Source: Parcubacteria group bacterium Athens0714_12
GTDB taxonomy: Bacteria > Patescibacteriota > Patescibacteriia > UBA2591 > VMGY01
Length of the DNA stretch: 64,000 nt
NCBI GenBank assembly: GCA_007378955.1
Contig: VMGY01000003.1
Location: 26,264-90,263, forward strand
Direction of reading: 5' to 3'
The translations under genes and the position numbers were made by a program. The notes under the pieces were generated by a model. The model made no database searches and had not been told where the DNA came from. It saw nothing but the letters and a program-made list of their open reading frames with translations. Below, piece by piece: positions 57,636 to 64,000 of this stretch. Each line of letters begins with the position of its first letter. Position 1 is the first letter of the stretch.

Positions 57636-59870
57636 TCAAGACACAACTTCCTTTATGTCTTCCAGTTTCAAGCTTAATAATCTTGAAACTCCATTTTCTC
57701 CCATGGTTACGCCATAAAGAATTTTCGCTTTTTCCATGGTCGCCCGATTATGGGTAATAACAATAAATTGGCTTTGGTGAGCCAAGCCGGTCAAAATATC
57801 GGAAAACTTTGTTGAATTAATTTCATCCAAAGCGGCGTCAACTTCATCAAGAATGACAAAAGGGGAAGGATTGCAGGAAATTATAGCGCAAATTAAAGCC
57901 AATGAAGTCAAGGCGCGCTCTCCTCCTGAAAGCAAATTTATATTTTTTAAGCGCTTGCCCGGCGGTGTCGCTTGTATATCAATACCAGTATAACTATAGC
58001 CTTTATTCTCGTTAAAATCAGGGTTTATTAAAAATCCCCCGTCTTCATTAACCGCGGGAATTTGTTCAATCTCGCTTTTTTGCAAAACCAATTTTGCCGC
58101 GCCGCCGTCAAATAAAATTTTAAAATATTTTTCAAACCCCTGATTAATAAGGTTAAAACTGGTGTTAAATTGTTTCTTGATCATCGCGTCTAATTCTTTT
58201 ATTACTTTTTCTAAATTCTTAGTCGCGTTTTTCAAGTCATTTGTTTGGAAAAAAAGAAAATCAAACCGCTCTTTAATTTCTTGATATTCTTTATTGACCT
58301 CCGGGTCAATGCCGCCAATCACCTCCAAAGAACTTTTCAAGCGATGAATTTCCGATAAAAAACTATAAGCGTCAAAATTGTCTTCTAAAATTTGATTTTC
58401 CAATTCTTCAAAACTTTTTAACTCTTCCAAGATTTCATTTTTTAAATCTTCTCTTCTTGTCTCTATCTTGGTTGATTCAACTCTTGTTTCATTATTTAAA
58501 AAGTTTGCTTTATTAAATTCATTTTGCTTGTCTTGAAAATTTTTTTGCAAATCAAATAATTTTTGCATCTCGCCTTGTTCCGCGTTTTTATATTTTTTAA
58601 TTTTTTCGGCGATCAAGATTAATTTTTCCTCCTTCTCTTCTATTAATTCAAGCATCTTCTTAAGCTCGCTTTCAATTAAACTGATTTTTTCCTCGCTGCG
58701 GCCGTCCTTAATTTTAGATTTTTTCATTCTTAAAATCAATCTTGATATTTCCCGGGAAATTAAATTGATTTCTTGTTTTATCTCTTCCAATTCCTCCAAT
58801 CTTTCCACGCGGTCTAAATTCATAATCAAATTATGGTGCGATTTTTCTATTTCTTCTAATTTTTGCGAAATTTCTTGCATTTCTTGGGGTAAAAAAACGG
58901 GCAAAGAAATATTTTCTTTCGTTCTTTCTTTTTCTATTTCCATTCTTCCTTCAAGAATGGCTTGCTGCTTTAAAAAATTATTTTTAGCTTCTAAAATTTT
59001 TTGATAATCTTCTTCCAGCATTACTACTTCTTTATTCTCTATTTTTAAACTTGATAAATTTTTCATTTTTTCCTGAATTTCCGCGAGTTCTTTTTCAACT
59101 CTTTGATAATTCTGCTCGCTTTTGTTTAAATCCTGCCTCCGCTGTTCATAATTGCCGTCAATATTACGCCAAAGATGATAATAATATTTTTTCTGAGATT
59201 CTTTTAATATTCGCTCTACCTCTTCTCTCTTTTCCAATCTTTTCACTTGCCTTGTCAAAGACTTAAGATGAGGTTCTATTTCCTGCATCATAATTTCCAC
59301 CTTTTTCAAATTTTCTTTGGTTGCTTCCAATTTTAATAAAGTTTGCTCCCTTTTTATTTGATACTGCTTGACCCCGGCCGCTTCATTAAAAAATTCTCTT
59401 CTTTCCTGGGGGCTGGCGAGAAGAATAGAGTCAATTGTCCCTTGGCTGATAATGCTATAACTTTTTTGGCCAAAATTAGACTTCGCCAAAAGCAGAAGAA
59501 TATCCTGCAGCCTGACTCTTGATTTATTGATTAAATATTCGCTTTCCCCATTGCGATAAAGACGGCGCGTTATTACTATCTCGGAATAATCTATCGGCGC
59601 TTTTCTATCTTCATTATTCAAATATAAAGAGACTTGGGCGAATCCCACTCTGGCTAATTGAATCGAGCCGGCAAAAATTATATCTTCGGATTTTTTTCCT
59701 CTTAACGCTTTTAAGCTTTGCTCTCCTAAAACCCATCTTACCGCGTCTGAAATATTGCTTTTGCCGCTGCCATTAGGCCCGACAATGCAAATAATGCCGG
59801 GAAAAAATTTTAAGGTTGTCTTGTGAACAAATGATTTAAAGCCGAGAATTTCTATTTTTTCTAAAAACAT
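57636..59870 (-). CDS. smc: short SMC-family chromosome segregation ATPase (744 aa)
   Basis: N-terminal Walker A GPNGSGKSN, long coiled coil, C-terminal LSGGERALTSLAL signature and DEVDAALD Walker B. Confidence 0.8.
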   Translation of the reverse strand: MFLEKIEILGFKSFVHKTTLKFFPGIICIVGPNGSGKSNISDAVRWVLGEQSLKALRGKKSEDIIFAGSIQLARVGFAQVSLYLNNEDRKAPIDYSEIVITRRLYRNGESEYLINKSRVRLQDILLLLAKSNFGQKSYSIISQGTIDSILLASPQERREFFNEAAGVKQYQIKREQTLLKLEATKENLKKVEIMMQEIEPHLKSLTRQVKRLEKREEVERILKESQKKYYYHLWRNIDGNYEQRRQDLNKSEQNYQRVEKELAEIQEKMKNLSSLKIENKEVVMLEEDYQKILEAKNNFLKQQAILEGRMEIEKERTKENISLPVFLPQEMQEISQKLEEIEKSHHNLIMNLDRVERLEELEEIKQEINLISREISRLILRMKKSKIKDGRSEEKISLIESELKKMLELIEEKEEKLILIAEKIKKYKNAEQGEMQKLFDLQKNFQDKQNEFNKANFLNNETRVESTKIETRREDLKNEILEELKSFEELENQILEDNFDAYSFLSEIHRLKSSLEVIGGIDPEVNKEYQEIKERFDFLFFQTNDLKNATKNLEKVIKELDAMIKKQFNTSFNLINQGFEKYFKILFDGGAAKLVLQKSEIEQIPAVNEDGGFLINPDFNENKGYSYTGIDIQATPPGKRLKNINLLSGGERALTSLALICAIISCNPSPFVILDEVDAALDEINSTKFSDILTGLAHQSQFIVITHNRATMEKAKILYGVTMGENGVSRLLSLKLEDIKEVVS

Positions 59871-59980
59871 AAATTAAAAAATTCTAAATCCAATATCAAA
59901 ATTCGAAATTTAAAATCAAATTATTTTTATATTTTAACATTTAAAAAATATATAAACAAGAAGAGAGAGTTATTCTCTCT

Positions 59981-60112
59981 CTATTCTTTGTTTTTAATTT
60001 TTTCCTCCCGCTTATCTAAAATTTTTTCTAAAAAAGAAGATATTTTTGAAGCTGCCGCGCAATAAATGAAATAAACTATTAGTCCGATTAAGGCAATAAT
60101 TATAATCTTCAT
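59981..60112 (-). CDS. tiny single-TM protein (43 aa)
   Basis: GGGAGGG Shine-Dalgarno 5 nt upstream; MKIIIIALIGLIVYFIYCAAAS.. hydrophobic helix. Confidence 0.35.
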   Translation of the reverse strand: MKIIIIALIGLIVYFIYCAAASKISSFLEKILDKREEKIKNKE

Positions 60113-60127
60113 TCGCGCCCTCCCTTT

Positions 60128-60814
60128 TTACCATTTTTTCTTTTTTAAAGCATTTTCCGCCGCTTTTACTTGCGCTTCCTGCTTGCTCATTCCCTCCCCT
60201 GAAGCGATTAATTTATCTTCTAAAAATACTCCTATTTTAAAATATTTTGCATGGTCGGGACCGCTTTCTTCCAAAACATTGTAAATGGGCGTAATCTTAA
60301 ATTTTTCTTGAGATATTTCCTGGAATTTGGTTTTCGGGTCTATGTGAAGCTCATGTTTTAAAATATGCGGGAGCTTAAAAATCAGTTTTTTTTCAATAAA
60401 ATCAAAAGTCTTTTTCAATCCCTGGTCTAAAAAAATCGCCCCCACCAGGGCTTCAAAACCATCGGCTAAAATATATTCTCTGGCCTTGCCCTTATCTTTT
60501 GCCTCTCCCTTGCTAAGATAAAGATACTGGCCCAAATCCAAATCTTTGGCTAAAACAGAAAGCGTTTTGGCATTAACCAAGGCGGCCCGCCAATTAGTTA
60601 AATCTCCTTCTGGATTTTTATAATTTTTATAAAGATATTCCGTCACAATCAATTCCAAAACCGCGTCGCCTAAAAATTCCAATCTTTCATTATGTTCCAA
60701 ATGGAAATTGGGATGCTCGTTCAAATATGAGCGATGGACTAAAGATTGGCTTAATAAATTTTTGTCTTTAAATTTTAATCCTAAAATTTTTTCTAATTTG
60801 GAAAAATCTTTCAT
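60128..60814 (-). CDS. rnc: ribonuclease III
   Basis: ERLEFLGDAVLEL RNase III signature and C-terminal dsRBD. Confidence 0.9.
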   Translation of the reverse strand: MKDFSKLEKILGLKFKDKNLLSQSLVHRSYLNEHPNFHLEHNERLEFLGDAVLELIVTEYLYKNYKNPEGDLTNWRAALVNAKTLSVLAKDLDLGQYLYLSKGEAKDKGKAREYILADGFEALVGAIFLDQGLKKTFDFIEKKLIFKLPHILKHELHIDPKTKFQEISQEKFKITPIYNVLEESGPDHAKYFKIGVFLEDKLIASGEGMSKQEAQVKAAENALKKKKW

Positions 60815-60933
60815 AATTGCCTTATTTTATTCGTACAACCAGCATCGCATTCGTATATTGGCATCGAATTTAAAACATTGCAACGCGATGCTAATATGCG
60901 AATTCATGCTAATAATACAAATAAATCAATTTA

Positions 60934-61353
60934 TTATTTATTAAACATTTCTTTATAAATACTGCCTAAGACGCCATTAACAAACCTGCCTGAACTTTCG
61001 CCGCCGAATGTTTTAGCCAATTCTATCGCTTCATTAATCGCCACCTTGGGAGGAACTTCGGGAGAAAATTTTAATTCATAAATCCCTATCCTTAAAATGT
61101 TTCTGTCAATAATGGTAATCTGCTCAATCGGCCATTCAGGCGCGTATTTTTCAATAAACTTATCAATCGCGGAAATATTTTTTATTATTCCTTTTACCAA
61201 ATTATCAGAAAAATCTTTATCTTCCAAACCAGGGGCTAATTCTCTTTTATTGCGTTCCAATATTTCAGACAAATCTTGAACGCGCTTATCATTAAAGTCC
61301 CATTGGTAAAGAGTCTGCATCACGATTGTTCTGGAGAGATGACGATTCGCCAT
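60934..61353 (-). CDS. nusB: transcription antitermination factor NusB
   Basis: All-helical 139 aa; RAVLMQTLYQ-type N-terminus; conserved order with downstream genes. Confidence 0.8.
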   Translation of the reverse strand: MANRHLSRTIVMQTLYQWDFNDKRVQDLSEILERNKRELAPGLEDKDFSDNLVKGIIKNISAIDKFIEKYAPEWPIEQITIIDRNILRIGIYELKFSPEVPPKVAINEAIELAKTFGGESSGRFVNGVLGSIYKEMFNK

Positions 61354-61378
61354 ATGCTTTTATAAAAAAATAAATATT

Positions 61379-61603
61379 TTATTTATTTTCTTCTTTTTTG
61401 TTTTTTTTCGCTTTTGAATCTTTTTTTAATTTCAATTTCAAAATTTCTCTGCCGGCGTAAACGCCGCAAAAAGCGCAAGCATGATAAGGCAAAGCCGCTT
61501 TCTTGCATTTAGGGCAAAAAATAACTCTTACTTTTTTTAAAGCATGAGTGAACGCTCTTTTTCTTTTTTCGCTTCTTGGTCTTTTTTTGCTTGGTAAAGC
61601 CAT
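61379..61603 (-). CDS. rpmF: 50S ribosomal protein L32
   Basis: Basic N-terminus ...RSEKRKRAFTHAL plus CPKC...CAFCG zinc ribbon. Confidence 0.75.
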   Translation of the reverse strand: MALPSKKRPRSEKRKRAFTHALKKVRVIFCPKCKKAALPYHACAFCGVYAGREILKLKLKKDSKAKKNKKEENK

Positions 61604-61914
61604 ACGCTAAATTTATTTCATAAATTTTAAAATCCTAAATCCTAATTTCTAAATCCTAAACAAATTTTAAACTTCGCCGGTAGGTTTTTGCATTCCCATA
61701 GGATACATTTTATTATTTTTAATCATAAAAATTAAATCATTAAATATCTTACTTTTTAATATAGTCTATTTTAAATTTTAAAGCAAGTAAATTCTCTGTC
61801 CCCAGACTTTCCCCAGCTTATGCACAAAATAATTTTACTTAGTGTGTTTGTAGTATTTCTTATCTGTGTTATAATCTTTATTACATCCATATCTCTATTC
61901 CCTAATTTACTTTT
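61604..61914. promoter_or_regulatory. candidate replication origin / dnaA promoter region
   Basis: AT-rich divergent intergenic region between rpmF (-) and dnaA (+); DnaA-box-like TTATGCACA (61818-61826) and TTATCTGTG; tandem aaatcctaaat repeats at 61630-61665. Confidence 0.35.
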
Positions 61915-63270
61915 ATGATGACCAAAGAAGAACTTTGGCAAGCTATTTTAGGCGACCTTGAACTTTCTCTCAGTAAGGCCAACTTTACGACATGGTTTAA
62001 AAAAACTTTCATTTCTTTAGTGGAAGACGACCATATAGTAATTAGCGTGCCTAATGATTTTACTAAAACTTGGCTGGAAAAAAAATACCATAAAGCGATC
62101 TTGGAAACTCTTCAAAATTTGACTGACGATAAAATAAAAAAAATTATTTACAAAATAGAAGTAAAGGCAATTGCTAACGCGGCAAATTTAGAAACAAGCC
62201 CGATGGCGGCCAGCGTAAAAGTTGAGACCAGGCATAAAATAAATGAATTTGGACTGAATCCGCAATACAGCTTTTCCCGTTTTGTGGTCGGAAAAAATAA
62301 TGAATTAGCCCATGCCGCCTGCCAGCATGTGGCTAAAAGTCCCGGCGAAAAATACAATCCTTTATTTATTTACAGCGGCGTTGGTTTGGGGAAAACCCAT
62401 TTAATGCAAGCAGTGGGGCATCAAATTATAGAAAAATTTCGCAAGAAAAAAATTCTATACGCAAGCTGTGAAAAATTTACCAATGATTACATCCAGGCCG
62501 TCAGGGAAGGCAACGCGAAAGAATTTAAAAATCTTTACCGCAATGTAGATCTTCTATTAATTGACGATATCCAATTTATGACCGGCAAAGAAGGAACGCA
62601 AGAAGAATTCTTTCATACCTTTAATGAATTGCATCAAAAAAATAAACAAATTGTGATTACTTCCGACAGACCGCCAAAAGCCATCCCTGGCTTGGAAGAG
62701 CGTTTAAGTTCCAGATTTGGCTGGGGAATGATTACTGATATTTCCAAGCCGGATTTAGAAATGAGAACGGCTATTTTCAGGTCAAAATGCCAAGAAAAAA
62801 ACTACGCGCTCACTGAAGACATCGCTAATTATGTCGCTTCATACATTCAAAACAATATTCGCGAATTAGAAGGAGCTTTAAATAAAATAATCGCTTTTCA
62901 TGAACTGAATAACACCATACCCACGATTGATTCCGTCAAAGCAATTATTTCCAATTTAATATCGCAACCGCGGCAAGGAGCGACCACGCCCAGACAATTA
63001 ATAAAACTAATCTCGGAATTTTATGAAATAAAATTAGAAGATTTATTGGGCGTAAGGAGGACAAAAACTTTAGCCCTGCCCCGGCAAATAGCCATGTATT
63101 TATTAAGAACCGAATTAAACACTTCTTATCCCGCCATTGGTCAGGAATTGGGAAACAGAGACCATACGACCGCCATCCACGCTTGCAATAAAATCAAAAA
63201 AGAAATTGAGAATGAAAGCAGAATCAAGCAAGACATAGAAATGATCAAGCAGCGCTTATACGCGATGTAA
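61915..63270 (+). CDS. dnaA: chromosomal replication initiator DnaA
   Basis: AAA+ Walker A GVGLGKTHL, DnaA box-binding domain IV (LPRQIAMYLLR..HTT). Confidence 0.9.
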   Translation: MMTKEELWQAILGDLELSLSKANFTTWFKKTFISLVEDDHIVISVPNDFTKTWLEKKYHKAILETLQNLTDDKIKKIIYKIEVKAIANAANLETSPMAASVKVETRHKINEFGLNPQYSFSRFVVGKNNELAHAACQHVAKSPGEKYNPLFIYSGVGLGKTHLMQAVGHQIIEKFRKKKILYASCEKFTNDYIQAVREGNAKEFKNLYRNVDLLLIDDIQFMTGKEGTQEEFFHTFNELHQKNKQIVITSDRPPKAIPGLEERLSSRFGWGMITDISKPDLEMRTAIFRSKCQEKNYALTEDIANYVASYIQNNIRELEGALNKIIAFHELNNTIPTIDSVKAIISNLISQPRQGATTPRQLIKLISEFYEIKLEDLLGVRRTKTLALPRQIAMYLLRTELNTSYPAIGQELGNRDHTTAIHACNKIKKEIENESRIKQDIEMIKQRLYAM

Positions 63271-63434
63271 TTGTTTATTATCAGAATGAAATCCTGAATA
63301 AATCGTTAAATTTAATCCCGGCTTTAAATCGGGATTTTTTATAAGCCTTGAAATTTTTCAGAAAAAGAGTAAGATAAATTAAAAAAATAATTAATATCCC
63401 CCAAATGGCTATCCATGGGGTATAGGAGAATAAA

Positions 63435-64000
63435 ATGTCCGAGGAAATGAAAATAAATCTCAATAAAATGCCAAAAAGCATCGTGGAATTAACTATTGAG
63501 ATAAATACGGAAAATTTAACCCCTTTTTTAAACAAAGCCGCTAAAAGGCTTTCTCAAAAAAATAAAATTTCCGGTTTTAGGCCGGGAAAAACACCTTTTA
63601 ATCTTATAGAAAAACAATTAGGGACGATGGCGATTTATGAAGAAGCGATGGAAGAAATTTTAAATGACAGTTATTTTAAAGCCCTGAAAAAAAATCAGCT
63701 TTTACCGGTGGAAAAGCCGAAAATAGATATTATCAAATTTGCCCCAGGCAATCCATTTATCTACAAAGCTATTTTTGCCGTCCTGCCTAAAGTAAAATTA
63801 GGCGACTGCAAAAAAATCAATCTTAAAAGAAAGGAAATAAAAATTACTCCCGACCAAATGGAAAAAGCCTTGAAAGAATTGCAAAAAATGCGAGCCAAAG
63901 AAACTCTGGTTGACCGGGAAATCCAAAAAGGAGATAAAGCTATCGCTGACTTGGAAATGTTTATCGATAAAGTTCCCTTGGAAGGCGGTCAAAGTAAAAA
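63435..64000 (+). CDS. tig: trigger factor, N-terminal part (runs off window end)
   Basis: GFRPGKTPFNLIEKQLG ribosome-binding signature motif; AGGAG SD upstream. Confidence 0.65.
   Translation, partial: MSEEMKINLNKMPKSIVELTIEINTENLTPFLNKAAKRLSQKNKISGFRPGKTPFNLIEKQLGTMAIYEEAMEEILNDSYFKALKKNQLLPVEKPKIDIIKFAPGNPFIYKAIFAVLPKVKLGDCKKINLKRKEIKITPDQMEKALKELQKMRAKETLVDREIQKGDKAIADLEMFIDKVPLEGGQSK

Overview
The window is a low-GC, AT-rich bacterial segment with the gene content and rRNA architecture typical of a reduced-genome Candidate Phyla Radiation (Patescibacteria-like) organism. All calls come from reading the sequence and the six-frame ORF track; no searches were run.

- **Split rRNA locus.** A minus-strand tRNA cluster (Leu, Gly, Pro, Phe, Val, Leu) precedes an intron-rich 23S (~5.1 kb) and a 5S at 3021-8385. 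It carries two intact LAGLIDADG homing-endonuclease introns, one decayed tandem intron copy and one stem-loop intervening sequence. The 16S plus tRNA-Ile sits about 46 kb away, on the same strand.
- **Housekeeping genes.** comEC (as two ORFs), rplS, rluA-family, cca, pgsA, murD, a LysM/CHAP hydrolase, comM/yifB, lspA, a dksA-like gene, pnp, rpsO, radA, ksgA, leuS, recG, trmD, a KH-domain gene, rpsP, smc, rnc, nusB, rpmF, dnaA and the start of tig.
- **Free-standing homing endonucleases.** An HNH gene lies inside the tRNA cluster, and a LAGLIDADG gene overlaps tRNA-Ser.
- **Secretion-like island (26.4-43.9 kb).** A co-directional type-IV-secretion-like cluster: pilin-like gene, VirB3-like, VirB4 ATPase apparently split in two, VirB6-like, a 2096-aa cysteine-rich secreted giant with a lectin-like domain, and a calcium-binding secreted protein. 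No relaxase, coupling protein or VirB11 is visible.
- **Dispersed repeat families.** (i) GTTGTAA-type heptamer/14-mer tandem repeats immediately upstream of four tRNA genes, also found in frame but antisense inside leuS, cca and ksgA. (ii) A GC-rich GTCATTGCGAGG hairpin repeat at two sites in the island. (iii) AT-rich AAATCCTAAAT-type inverted-repeat elements with GC hairpin cores at several loci, one of which flanks a four-helix-bundle ('23S IVS protein' family) gene.
- **Origin.** The rpmF/dnaA divergent intergenic region is a likely oriC.
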